A stretch of 64,000 nucleotides of DNA from the NCBI GenBank assembly GCA_032718475.1, contig JAUCBJ010009151.1, positions 62,001 through 126,000 of the forward strand, in the 5' to 3' direction. Position 1 is the first letter of the stretch, and every line of letters starts with the position of its first letter. Positions 24,101-38,100 of the stretch are shown here, piece after piece. Position numbers and translations under genes: made by a program. Source of the DNA: Nemertoderma westbladi (taxonomy: Eukaryota > Animalia > Xenacoelomorpha). Under the pieces are notes generated by a model. The model was not told the origin of the DNA and made no database searches. It saw only the letters and a program-made list of their open reading frames with translations.

Positions 24101-24807
24101 ACGAAATAACCAGAGCTTTAAAGAAGTTGGACCAAAACCAGATTTCCGAGGAACTACATCCTCACCGTATTGTTTGGTATTTTAATACTCCAGACAGTCC
24201 GTGGAGAGGCGGCGTTTGGGAAAGGCTGATTGGTTCAATTAAGACAGCTATGGCTAAAGTAATACCAACGCAACACATATTAACAGACGACCAACTGACG
24301 ACGTTACTAATAGAAATCGAAGCAGTTTTAAACACTAGACCGATCGCTTTGATCCCAGACAATAACGACGCCCAGTTTGCCTTGACACCAGCGCACCTGC
24401 TTATGCAGGCGCCGACGACATTGTTGCCCATTTCGGTACCCGTTAATAGCGACGGATACGGCAACAAAGCTTGGAAAATCACTCAATTACTTGCAAATAA
24501 ATTCTGGGAAATATGGCAGAAATATTATTTGCCCTCTATTTCGACGAGAACCTCTTGGTATCTTAATACCCGATGTTTGAGACGTGGTGACCACGTTTTA
24601 TTGGCTGAAGCCAATCTGAAAAGACGGTTTTGGCTGACTGGAGTCATTTTGACCACGCACCCTACATCTGGTGTAGTGAGAACAGTTACTGTAAGGACTA
24701 TCGACGGTCGTACCATAGACAGACCTGTACAACGTCTCGTGCTCCTTGAGGAGACTAGAAACGAGACAGGTGACGACTACAAACCTCCACCCAATATTAG
24801 TAAATAG
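21074..24807 (+). pseudogene. pol: BEL-1 pol: RT (N-terminus deleted), Pao RNase H, low-complexity linker, integrase
   Basis: LLDGPNMNN, DVEAMFHQV, FYVDDGL (RT); HSFSDASKDG, YWTDAT, NPADIASRG (RH); H..H..CMIC, GIDSFGP, CDQGTN, GGVWERLIGSIK (IN); stops at 22466-68 and ~22660, frameshift ~23375. Confidence 0.93.
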
Positions 24808-25527
24808 AGATGTGGGACCTTTGTTGGCCGCCACATAGACCTACCGTATTTAGTAATTTAGCATTTTGTATTACTGTATGTGCATTTGTAATCCTCTTCA
24901 CTGTAGATAGAGACAGCAGTGGAATTCCATTGTCTTTATATGTGAACATGGAGGGTAGTACCCTTATGTATCACATAGGAGCGGGATTGTGTGTACAGTA
25001 GGAATGGAATTCCACTTGGAACCCACAAGTGAGACAATTTTTCAAAAATTATTAGACAAATCCATTTAGTTGGATTTAAATTTAAGAAAAATGATTCTCC
25101 AGTGAATGCGAATTCTAGAATACAGCTAGATAAAAATTAAAATTGGGGAGGACAAGAGCGGATGGAAGGCTTGCGAGCCTACCGATAAATAAAATTTTTT
25201 TTTGGAAAAGTAGTCGTGTCTGCTATTATTTAGACCGAATTAATTCTCGACTGCATTATTTCTTTGGGAATGTAGTTTGGGAAATTAAAAGGTGAGTATT
25301 TTAGACTCGCGGCTAGTTTACCCGGAATTCGTTTTTTATCGGCACATTTTTTTGGATTAGGAGCCAGTGCGAAATCACGCGAACCCGAAGTCATTAGGCA
25401 AATGGGTTGGGGTTTTAGAGCAAAGTTGAGCCAAAAGCCAACAAACTCTAAGTCACCTCACATCTAACCTCTATTTTGTGCTTCATCTAGTAGAAACATA
25501 ACGATATGTAACCATATATACGCGTAT

Positions 25528-28500
25528 ATGATGGCGGAGAAGATTTATAAGGAGTTACGTCAAGGGTTTATGCAGGAACAAGAGCACCAGGCGCCGTTTA
25601 ATCGTTATGGAGCTAAAAACTTTAGTGTGTTTGGAGTGGAGAGTATGGCTAGGAGTACAGCCAAGCTCGCTAAATCCAAGGCGGACCCGAATGTTACGCG
25701 ACAGCGATTGGACGCTTATAACAAAAGAACGGAGGAATTACCCGCGGAGTTCAATGCGTTATATCCTTACGACGCGTTATGCGATGCTAGTGACATTTGC
25801 GAGGATCCAGACACCGAAATACGCCGATTATATCATATGCTGCAATATTTGACGGTAAATGAACCCTTACCTGCAGCCAGAGACGAATTTGAAGGAATGC
25901 ATCTTTATAGATGCGCTTGAGGGGCGGATCCAGAGACAAAGGATGCGTTCTCCATATACAAACTGTTTTATAAATGTGGAGCATGTATGCGCGAGCAAGA
26001 CAGCGCGATTCCTATGCGGTTGAACTCGGAGAACCCCGAGCCGATATTAGCGCGATGCTCATACCACCAAAGTCTACGTTACCAAGAAGGCGGATACCCT
26101 TTGACGAATCCGTATCATTCATTTAAAATGAGTGGACCGAACGCGGGTGAGATCGTTATTTATGAACCTAAGTTAGTCGAACCAGACGTCTACAGCATGG
26201 TAGTGGACGAATCTAACAAGTCGACGCAAGAGAAACGGGAAGCTTTGAGCCTCTACAGGGCGTACAAGGCGTACGAGAAAGGCGAGATCAAGGAGTTCGG
26301 CGGAAGGCTCGCGAGCCTACCATTCTATTGGATATCCCACGATCAAACCGAACCTAAGGAGATGACACCCGAGCTCTTCGATAGTATCACCTTTGCTCAG
26401 CGTTTGTCGCAGAGACTACAGATACCTCATGTCGAGATGACGCGAGAACCTCAACCCCATTCTGCTGGAATGATAGTACCGGTTGCGAGACCAACTAGTT
26501 TTCCTATTAGTATACCGACCCGGAAGGAGACAACTTACGAGATCCCTATAGTTGAACACCCGGAGATCATTTCGAACCTGGATTTCATCCCATCGGTTAC
26601 CTATGGTGATGTGTTAGAATCAGCCGAGTTGCGTAGAACAATAGTTCAGAAAATCGTACGCAACGTGCCTCCACATATTACGGACTTTAAGGAAGTGGAT
26701 CGCACAGGGACGGATATCGCACCTTGTATCTTGCGAGGATATCTGACGAGAACTATTCGATTATGGATCGGAGTCGGAACATTTGAGACCGACACCGACA
26801 TCGCGACCAATTGGACCGGTAAACCTATTAGTTTCGATGATGAAAAGTCGATTGGGAGAATTTGGAACCCTACCGACGATTTACTCGACGATTGGGACGT
26901 GACTAGCCGATCTCTGAAGGAGATTGGTTACATGTTTTACGATATTGAAGGAGGAAGCCACCAGCAAAGCGTCACTTCGAAGACTATACAGATTAGAGCA
27001 CCAGATGGCGTGTTACATGTCTTCAGCCGACAAAGAAGCGATAGAAAGATGCCTATGCCGGAAGGAACGACGCAAAGACACGCGATGATAAAACGGATAG
27101 TTAAATCTATGGATCTGGCTTGTAGCATAGAAGCTAGGATGTTGCCAAAGGCCGTGCGAGACGTTGTGTTAGACAAAAGCATTGTCAAGATCGGATCCGG
27201 TGTACGGGATGACCTTATTAGCGACTTTGCAGGGATGCCCAGGGGAGAGGATCGATTGCCTACGCCGTACGTGGATACTAGACCATTGTTGCTTTGGGCT
27301 ATCGAGCAAGGATACTTTAGAGAGTATAACACGCTAAAAACTGGGACGGGTTATATCTCATATCTAATGTTCAGTTGGGATTATAAGGAGAGTAAGAGGA
27401 GCAAATACACGGACGTATACGGAGAGGGAGACACTCCCGACATAAACGAGTTCGAGTCACAGCTAAAGTTGCGAGGTTGCGTGTACTGGGCGATTGCTTC
27501 ACCTCCGCGAATAATCTTACAATACTACTTGGCGATAGAATCTTCGGTCAACGTCTGCTTCATCGCCGATGTTGTGTCTAGGGCTCTAAAGCGACATCCG
27601 TTATGTCTCGGTGAAGGACATACCTTTTACGACGGAGGAAGGACGCATACTGATGTATTCCTACGATTTCTCCAACCCTTTTATAACACCGATGCGCACT
27701 GCGAAGTTTTCACGCGAGCAGGACTTAGCGTTTTCAGGGACGTCAATCTCACTCACGCAGGAAGCCTAGTTGACAGACCGTCGATGTTAACGTTAGTACC
27801 CTATGACGGGGAACGCCACGCGGAATTCGAAGGCCCGGAAGGATCCTGGAAGGCTCGCGAGCCTACCGCCCATCACGACGATGTGGATCCGACCGAGTTG
27901 GCGCTAATAGACGAACCGTTGCGGCAACTATTAGAAATAGAGGAGAATCTTCCGAGGAAGACGCGAACTGAGATACGCGTGTTGGAGAAAAGCGATGCCA
28001 TGGTTTGTGTACAACCCACGGAGACGAACATACCGACTGACCCGGATGATGAGAATTATCACGTGGACGGTAGCGCTCGCCCCATCGGAGATCTTATCTA
28101 TGAGCGAGTTTGGTACCCTGCCAACACTATTTGTGGCAGATGCGGGGCAACTGGCCACCACGCAAAGAAATGCGGAGCGAAACACATATCTCTACCGGAC
28201 TAGGTATGCAACTGGTGCGGGGATCAGCGTTCGCACACTTTCTACACTTGCTGGTGTTTCGTGGCGCAGTGCACGTATTGTAATATTAAAGGCCATAGGG
28301 CGTCCGAATATCAACTTAGAGACGTTCCCTATGAGCATATGTCAGTTAAAATCGTTCGACAGCTATTCGACCATTGGGAGAATCTAGCAGACGAGCATGT
28401 ATCAACGCAGCGACGCCGTTTCCCTATTAGAGCACACTTAGGATTTTGGGCCGTAAACCCTCTCATAATGTCGAAGGAAGGATACGTGTCGGCTATGCCT

Positions 28501-29285
28501 CAATACGACGAACTTTTGGAGGTGCTGGATTTATTGCCACTGGAGAGCGGATTTAAAGTTGTGCGGGACTACTTCTACAGGTACACCCCGACAACAAGAA
28601 TACTTGGAACTTTCAAACTGTGGTGAACAAGATTACCGCCGGGGAATTCGACAAATTGCGAGTTGAACAGCGGAATCGAGGAGCCTGGCATTCGATAGCT
28701 TGGGCATACAGGAGCGCATTTTATCACAAACTCGTAACCTCGTGCATTCTAGACGAGACCGACGTTTTGCGTGAGACTGGCTTCAAGGCCACGCCGTTAG
28801 CTGAAAAGACGCGTCACCCACAGGATGATCCGCAACTTCGTATACTCAGAGCCCAAAAGGCCAGACAAGAGATAAAGAAAGTAGTAAATGTCGCCGAGAG
28901 GACGACATCAAAGTCGCAAATCCGGATGACTCGGGGCACGGTTTCCCTTGCTAGAGAACCACGCGGAGGGACAGGATACGCTTTGCCGGAACCCATTAGG
29001 ATTCAAACGACATCAGAGAGCGAGGTGTCAACGGACGGAATGGTCCCACCCTTTCGACTTCCTCCCAGCATTGTAGAAACTCGATCCGATGTTAATCCGA
29101 CAGTTGGAATCGGACGAGGATTTAGAGGACTGAGCGCACGACGGATGTTCGAGACTCCCGTCGTCCCATTTCCTAGCGTTTTGGAACCACCGACAACTCG
29201 ACACCGAAGTCCGAGTCCAGTTCGATCTCGACCTCCACCCAGTCGTACTAGAGGACGTGGACGAGCCCGTTCGGCCAAGGAATAG
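25528..29285 (+). pseudogene. BEL-1 extra 3' ORF: DEDDy 3'-5' exonuclease-like domain, three CCHC knuckles, basic/Pro-rich tail
   Basis: ORFs 25528..25920, 25987..28203 and 28261..28626 share one frame (two in-frame stops), then frameshift to 28620..29285. Motifs GYMFYDIEG, IQIRAPDG, LPKAVRDVVLDKSIVKIGSGVRDD, YVDT, YLAIE; CGRC..H..C, CNWC..H..C, CTYC..H. Confidence 0.75.
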
Positions 29286-29918
29286 GAAAGAGAAAAGAAG
29301 GAAGGCTTGCAAGCCTACCGATTTTAATGTTTGTATTGGACATTATATTTGGGATTTATATTTGGGATTTATATTGGGATACTATATCGAACATTGAGTT
29401 TGGAGGAGCGAGATAGAGAAGGAAGGCTTGCGAGCCTACCGTTAGCAATTAGTGCTCAGGAGAAGACATCCAGACCAGCAGGACGAACTATTGAGATCGT
29501 CAGGAGGACACTTTAAGACTTATTTGAAAGATTTTAGCGCATTATGTTTATTTTATATTTAGACTGATTTAATTTGGTGGAAGTTTATTATGTGTATTTA
29601 CAATATATAAAACTTGTTGAAAGATTTGAAATTATTTGTTCGATTCGTTTTGATTTATTTCGTTCTGATTTGTTTAATTTGTTTATCTCGATAACCGAAA
29701 GCCTTTTTTTGTATTTTATGCACTAAAGTTGATTGGTAAATTTGTATTTTGTATGTATGATTGATTATATTTACGCCGTACCTGCAATATTAAGTATGCA
29801 ATAATTAGATAGTGATTATTTTATATTTTAGGCCCTACCAGTAGATTTAGAAGTATTTGTAAATAGTTTTGTATTTCGATTGGTGAAAACAGTCTTACTT
29901 ACTGTTTTCATGGAGCGG

Positions 29919-32121
29919 TGATGAATTATTTCACTATAGGATAGCATTTGTAGTATAACTTAAAAACTTTCGAAAATCCGACGATATTTGATTAAGTTAC
30001 AGTAATGTAATATGCCTACTCATATCAGTACACATAAAACCCCTAGTTAATTTCGTGGTGTAGTGGTCAGATGGTTAAGGTGTTGGTTGCATTACATAGG
30101 TTACGAGTTCGAATCCCAGTCGGGAAATTTGCATTTTGGGGCAATTTATTTTCATTTCATACAATTTGACAAACCAATGAGGTGCGTACAACACATGGAA
30201 CGATGAGTTAGGCCAATCATAGGGCATGGAATATCTTATTGCTCCAATGTGAGGCCATGGAATACTCTAGAAAGTTCTAGTAGATTCTATGTCCCAGATT
30301 TAGTATATAAAGGGCTGGTTTGCCTTCGGTTATCACCTTATCCCTCTCTACGCCATTCTCAGTCAGCACAACTTACGGTTCACTACTCTTGTTAAACTTG
30401 ATTTATTCAGTTTATTATGTTTCTTGTTGAAACTATTTGGCAATTCTGTTTGATAAAGTTTTGTAAACTGTAAATATACTATAAACTTCTGAACATGTTT
30501 TTCTGCATTTGTCCAACTTTGGGACAGCAAAGCATCAGGAAGATGGCCGCCTAGACCGTTAGGCCGTCAGCAACGCAGGGAAAGGATGTCCACAACACGC
30601 TAGCGCCCACATTAGCTTAGACCGCGCACCCCCTTCGCCCTTCGAAATGCTCCACTTGCCATGCAGCGCCCGCTTTATGAGGAAGGTAAGACTTTGTTTG
30701 ACACCCTTGCCCACCGTAAGACCTATAGATCAGGGTAAGCGTGACGCCGCAAATTTAGGATCAAATAACTATATTTTGGCAGAACCCCCCCCCCCCCCCC
30801 CCCTTGTCAGTAGTACGAACCCCTGGGTTACCTGTATACCTCACAGGTGCGAATTATTGCCGTTCGTCAGTACGCGAGTACACATTAGGTACAGACAGCA
30901 TATGTTCCATAATTTAGTGATTCGTAGTACTGACTGTTTGGTACCGGTTCGCTTTGTAGAGCATACATTAGTACCCTACCCCCGCCTGAAGTTAGTTATT
31001 TGATCAAGCAAGGAGTATTTCTGCTACCGGCACACTGCTTGGCCTAGGGAGGTTTTATTAATATCCTACCGCGCCTTGCCACGTACTGATAGGTATTGCT
31101 ACTAACTACCGCAGCAACAAAGTTCTAGAATCAAATTTGTATACCAGATCAGCTAACGTACAGTAGCAATTAACCCCTATTTCTTATCTTACAACCAGAA
31201 TCTGGTATTTGTGCCTATCACGGGTGTAGTTACTAACACCGTGGTTGCCCAGTTGAGTTGTGGATAGGAAGGATAGAGCTTTGACGTCATTTGTAAGTAT
31301 AAAGCTCTACAAAACGCGACTAGCTTATTTTAGTAGCTAGCGCACGGTATTATTTCGGTCAGAGAATTACCAAAACCTAGTAAATGATATACACCAAAAT
31401 TGTTTTATTGTAAAACACCCACACACACACGCCCTAAAACATATTTACCATTAGAGTTCCTACTAGATAGCGCAATTTAGATTTAGGCAGAATTTATCTG
31501 TATTTGTAAATTAGGATCAGATATTTAGTTACGGCAAGGGAGCATTTCATCTTCGTTATTAAACTGTTGTTTTTCTGCGCATCAGTTATTGTTACATTTA
31601 GGTACGACCTCTTTTAGGCTGATTCAGACAGGGGGATCAGTATTGTTACGCTAGGTCCAAAACCAACCTAGCTCGTATATAAACCATATAAATCACACCG
31701 CGGCAAGTTACTGTATTTAGGACTGTCAGCGATAGTTAGGATTCGCTGCGCGGGGATTGTTTTCCCGTGAGTTTGGTCTGTTACTGTAACTGTACATCTG
31801 CCATACCGGTTAGAGGACAGGTATCCTTTTGTCTAGTACGTAGGCATTAGACCCGCCCACGTACATAGAATAGACACCAGGCTCTGCTCCTCGCCAGTAG
31901 TAGTTTGTGTATTGTATCTGTTTGTTTAAATATCCTGGACTGGGAATTGTTGTCAGATACTGTACGAGCCCGTTTCATTACTAGAGTCTTACAGTAAGAT
32001 ACATCGTTACTAGGATCTGGTAAGCGGTATACTACTGGACTTTACGGATAGAGATATTCTATAGCTTCGTATTTGTAGATTTGTAGGCTGTAGGGTAGTT
32101 CCTACCGTAGAGGACACAACA
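29919..32121 (+). repeat. BEL-1 3' LTR, preceded by a short purine tract GGAGCGG (29912-29918)
   Basis: Direct repeat of 10211-12416. Confidence 0.96.
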
Positions 32122-35100
32122 GCCACTGTTATACCAACTGGTAATCGCTGCACTCGTGTTACCACTGTTACACCAACTGGTAATCGCTGCACTCGTGTAG
32201 CCACTGTTATACCGACCATTAATCGCTGCATTCGTGTAGCCACTGTTATACCAACCGGTAATCGCTGCACTCAAGTAGCCACTGTTATACCAACTGGTAA
32301 TCACTGCACTCGTGTAGCCACTGTTACACCAACTGGTAATTGCTGCACTCGTGCAGCCACTGTCATACTGACTGGTAATCGCTGCACTCGTGTAGCCACA
32401 GTTATACCAACCAGTAATCGCTGCACTTGTGTTGCCACTGTTATACCAACCGGTAATCACTGCACTCATGTAGCCACTGTTACACCAACTGGTAATCGCT
32501 GCACTCATGTAGCCACTGTTATACCGACTAGTAATCGCTACACTCGTTTAGCCATTGTTACACCAACTGGTAATCGCTGCACTCGTTTAGCCACTGTTAT
32601 ACCGACCGGTAATCGCTGCACTCGTGTTGCCACTGTTACACCAACTGGTAATCGCTGCACTCGTGTTGCCGCTGTTATACCGACCAGTAATTGCTGCACT
32701 CATGTAGCCACTGTTATACCAACCGGTAATTGCTGCACTCGTGTAGCCACTGTTATACCAAAGCGGTAATCGCTGCACTAGTGTAGCCACTGTTATACTG
32801 ACCAGTAATCGCTGCACTCGTTTAGCCACTGTTAAACCAACCGGTAATCGCTGCACTCGTGTAGCCACTGTTATACCAACCAGTAATCACTGTACTCGTG
32901 TAGCCACTGTTATACCAACCAGTAATTGCTGCACTCATGTAGCCACTGTTATACCGAACGGAAATCGCTGCACTCATGTAGCCACTGTTATACCAACCGG
33001 TAATCACTGCACTCGTGTTGCCACTGTTACACCAACTGGTAATTGCTGCACTAATTTAGCCACTGTTATACCGACCGTAAATCGCTGCACTCGTGTAGCC
33101 ACTGTTATACCAACTGGTAATCGGTGCACTCGTTTAGCCACTGTTATACCAACCGGTAATCGCTGCACTCATGTAGCCACTGTTATACCAACTGGTAATC
33201 ACTGCACTCGTGTAGTCACTGTTACACCAACTGGTAATTGCTGCACTCATGCAGCCACTGTCATACCGACAGGTAATCGCTGCACTCGTGTAGCCACTGT
33301 TATACCGACCGGTAATCGCTGCACTCGTGTAGCCACTGTTATACCTACCAGTAATCGCTGCACTTGTGTAGCCACTGTTATACCAACTGGTAATTGCTGC
33401 ACTCGTGTAGCCACTGTTATACCAAAGCGGTAATAGCTGCACTAGTGTAGCCACTGTTATACTGACCAGTAATTGCTGCACTCGTTTAGCCACTGTTAAA
33501 CCAACCGGTAATCGCTGCACTCGTGTAACCACTGTTATACCGACCAGTAATCACTGTACTCGTGTAGCCACTGTTATACCAACCGGTAATTGCTGCACTC
33601 ATGTAGCCACTGTTATACCGAACGGAAATCGCTGCACTCATGTAGCCACTGTTATACCAACCAGTATTCACTGCACTCGTGTTGCCACTGTTACACCAAC
33701 TGGTAATTGCTGCACTAATTTAGCCACTGTTATACCGACCGTAAATCGCTGCACTCGTGTAGCCACTGTTATACCAACTGGTAATCGGTGCACTCGTTTA
33801 GCCACTGTTATACCAACCGGTAATCGCTGCACTCATGTAGCCATTGTTATACCAACCGGAAATCGCTGCACTCATGTAGCCACTGTTATACCAACTGGTA
33901 ATCACTGCACTCGTGTAGCCACTGTTACACCAACTGGTAATTGCTGCACTCGTGCAGCCACTGTCATACCGAGTGGTAATCGCTGCACTCGTGTAGCCAC
34001 AGTTATACCAACCAGTAATTGCTGCACTTGTGTAGCCACTGTTATACCAACTGGTAATCACTGCACTCGTGTAGCCACTGTTACACCAACTGGTAATTGC
34101 TGCACTCGTGCAGCCACTGTCATACCGAGTGGTAATCGCTGCACTCGTGTAGCCACAGTTATACCAACCAGTACTTGCTGCACTTGTGTAGCCACTGGTA
34201 TACCATCCGGTAAATGCAACACTCGTTTAGCCACTGTTATACCGACCGGATATCTGCACTCATGTAGCCACTGTTATACCGACCGGTAATCGCTGCACTC
34301 GTGTAGCCACTGTTATACCTACCAGTAATCGCTGCACTTGTGTAGCCACTGTTATACTGACTAGTAATCACTGAACTCGTGTAGCCATTGTTATACCAAC
34401 CGGTAATCGCTGCATTCGTGAAGCCACTGTTATAGCGACTGGTAAATGCTACACTCGTTTAGCCACTGTTACACTGACCAGTAATCGCTGCACATATGTA
34501 GCCACTATTATACCAACTGGTAATTGGTGCACTCGTTTAGCCACTGTTATACCAACCGGTAATCGCTGCACTCGTGTAGCCACTGTTAGACCAACTGGTA
34601 ATTTGTGCACTCGTTTAGCCACTGTTATACCAACTGGTAATCGCTGCACTCGTGTAGCCACTGTTTTACCGACCGATAAATGCAACACTCGTTTAGCCAC
34701 TGTTATACCGACCGGATATCTGCACTCATGTAGCCACTGTTATACCGACCGGTAATAGCTGCACTCGTGTAGCCACTGTTATACCTACCAGTAATCGCTG
34801 CACTTGTGTAGCCACTGTTATACTGACTAGTAATCACTGAACTCGTGTAGCCATTGTTATACCAACCGGTAATCGCTGCATTCGTGAAGCCACTGTTATA
34901 GCGACTGGTAAATGCTACACTCGTTTAGCCACTGTTACACCAGCTGGTAATTGCTGCACTCGTGTAGCCACTGTTATACCAACCGGTAATCACTGCACTC
35001 GTGTAGCCACTGTTACACCGACCAGTAATCGCTGCATTCGTGTAGCCACTGTTAGACCAACTGGTAATTTGTGCACTCGTTTAGCCACTGTTATACCAAC

Positions 35101-38100
35101 CGGTAATCGCTGCACTCGTGTAGCCACTGTTTTACCGACCGATAAATGCTACACTCATTTAGCCACTGTTATACCGACCGGATATCTGCACTCGTGTAGC
35201 CACTGTTATACTGACCGGTAATCGCTGCACTCGTGTAGCCACTGTTATACCTACCGGTAATCGCTGCACTTGTGTAGCCACTGTTATACTGACAAGTAAT
35301 CACTGCACTCGTGTAGACATTGTTATACCAACCGGTAATCGCTGCACTCGTGTAGCCACTGTTATACCAACTGGAAATCGGTGCACTCGTTTAGCCACTG
35401 TTATACCAACTGGTAATCGCTGCACTCGTGTAGCCACTTTTATACTGACTGGTAATTGCTACACTCGTTTAACCACTGTTATACCAACCGGTAATCGCTG
35501 CACTCGTGTAGCCACTGTTATACCGACCAGTAATTGCTGCACTCATGTAGCCACTGTTATACCAACCGGTAATCGCTGCACTTGTGTAGCCACTGTTATA
35601 CCGACTGGTAATTGCTACACTTGTGTAGCCACTGTTATGCCGACCAGTAATCGCTGCACTCGTGTAGCCACTGTTATACCGACCAGTAATTGCTGCACTC
35701 GTGTAGCCACTGTTATACCGACTGGTACTTGCTACACTTGTGTAGCCACTGTTATACCAACCGGTAATTGCTGCACTCATGTAGCCCCTGTTATACCGAA
35801 CGGAAATCACTGCACTCATGTAGCCACTGTTATACCAACCAGTAATCACTGCACACGTTTTGCCACTGTTACACCAACTGGTAATCGCTGCACTCGTGTT
35901 GCCGCTGTTATACCGACCAGTAATTGCTGCACTCATCTAGCCACTGTTATAACAACCGGTAATCGCTGCACTCGTGTAGCCACTGTTATACCAAACCGGT
36001 AATCGCTGCACTAGTGTAGCCACTGTTATACCGACCAGTAATCGCTGCACTCGTTTAGCCACTGTTAAGCCAACCGGTAATCGCTGCATTCGTGTAGCCA
36101 CTGTTATACTGACCAGTAATCACTGTACTCGTGTAGCCACTGTTATACCAACCGGTAATTGCTGCACTCATGTAGCCACTGTTATACCAAACGGAAATCA
36201 CTGCACTAGTGTAGCCACTGTTATACCAACTTGTAATCACTGCACGCGTGTTGCCACTGTTACACCAACTGGTAATAGCTGCACTCATTTAGCCACTGTT
36301 ATACCGACTGTAAATTGCTGCACTCGTGTAGCCACTGTTGTACCAACTGGTAATCGGTGCACTCGTTTAGCCACTGTTATACCAACCAGTAATCGCTGCA
36401 CTCATATAGCCACTGTTTTACCGACCGGTAAATGCTACACTCGTTTAGCTACTGTTATACCGACTGGATATCTGCACTCGTGTAGCCACTGTTATACCGA
36501 CCAGTAATCGCTGCACTTGTGTAGCCACTGTTATACTGACCAGTAATCACTGCACTCGTGTAGCCACTGTTATACCAACCAGTAATCGCTGCACTCATTT
36601 AGCCACTGTTATACCGACTGGAAATCGCTGCACTCATGTAGCCACTGTTATACCAACCAGTAATTGCTACACTCATTTAGCCACTGTTATACTGACCAGT
36701 AATCGCTGCACTCGTGTAGCCACTGTTATACTGACCAGTAATCACTGCACTCTTGTAGCCACTGTTACACAGACCAGTAATAGCTGCACTCGTTTAGCCA
36801 CTGTTATACCAACTGGTAATCTGTGCATTCGTGTAGTCACTGTTATACTGATCAGTAATCACTGCACTCGTGTAGCCATTGTTATACCGAGCAGTAATCG
36901 CTGCACTCGTCCAGCCACTGTTATACCGACTGGTAATCGCTGCACTCATGTAGCCACTGTTATACCGACCAGTAATCGCTGCACTCGTGTAGCCAGTGTT
37001 ACACCAACTAGTAATCGCTGCACTCATGTAGCCACTGTTATACCAACTGGTAATCGCTGCACTCGTGTTGCCACTGTTATACCGACCGGTAATTGCTACA
37101 CTCGTTTAGCCACTGTTATACCAACCAGAAATCACTGCACTCGTGTAGCCACTGTTATACCAACCATTAATCGCTGCACTCATGTAGCGACTGTTATACC
37201 GACCGGTAAATGCTACACTCGTTTAGCCACTGTTATACTGACCAGTAATTGCTGCACTGGTGTAGCCACTGTTACACCAACTGGTAATCGCTGCACTCAT
37301 GTTGCCACTGTTATACCAACTGGTAATCGCTGCGCTCTTGTTGCCACTGTTACACCAACAGGTAATCGGTGCACTCGTTTAGCCACTGTTATACCAACCG
37401 GTAATCGCTGCACTCATGTGGCCACTGTTATACGACCGGTAAATGCTACACTCGTTTAGCCACTGTTATACCAACCGGAAATCGCTGCACTCGTGTAGCC
37501 ACTGTTATACCAACCAGTAATCGCTGCACTCGTGTAGCCAGTGTTATACCGACCGGTAATCGCTGCGCTTATGTAGCCACTGCTATACTGACCAGTAATC
37601 ACTGCACTCGTTTAGCCACTGTTATACCGACTGGTATTTGCTACACTCATGTAGCCGCTGTTACACCGACCAGTAATCGCTGCACTCGTGTAGCCACTGT
37701 TATACCAACTGGTAATTGGTGCACTCATTTAGCCACTGTTATACCAACCTGTAATCGATGCACTCATGTAGCCACTGTTATACCGACCGATATTTGCTAC
37801 ACTCGTTTAGCCATTGTTATACCAACCAGTAATCGCTGCACTCGTGTAACCACTGTTATACCGACTGGTAAAAGCTGCACTCGTGTTGCCACTGTTACAC
37901 CAACTGGTAATCGCTGCACTCGTGTAGCCACTGTTATACCGACAAATAATTGCTGCACTCATGTAGCCACTGTTATACCAACCGTTAATCGCTGCACTCA
38001 TGTAGCCACTGTTATACCAACCAGTAATCGCTGCACTTGTGTTGCCACTGTTATACCAAACGGTAATCACTGCACTCATTTAGCCACTGTTACACCAACT

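Larger units (their letters stand above)
10211..32121 (+). mobile_element. BEL/Pao LTR retrotransposon 'BEL-1' with 2.2-kb LTRs, 5-bp TSD GCCAC and extra 3' ORF; decayed
   Basis: Direct repeats TGATGAATT...GACACAACA at both ends; GCCAC at 10206-10210 and 32122-32126; gag-PR-RT-RH-IN order with Pao-type motifs. Confidence 0.95.

Noticed and set aside
25528-29285. env gene call for the post-pol ORF
   Set aside because: No signal peptide, TM segment or fusion-protein cysteine pattern seen; has exonuclease and CCHC motifs instead.
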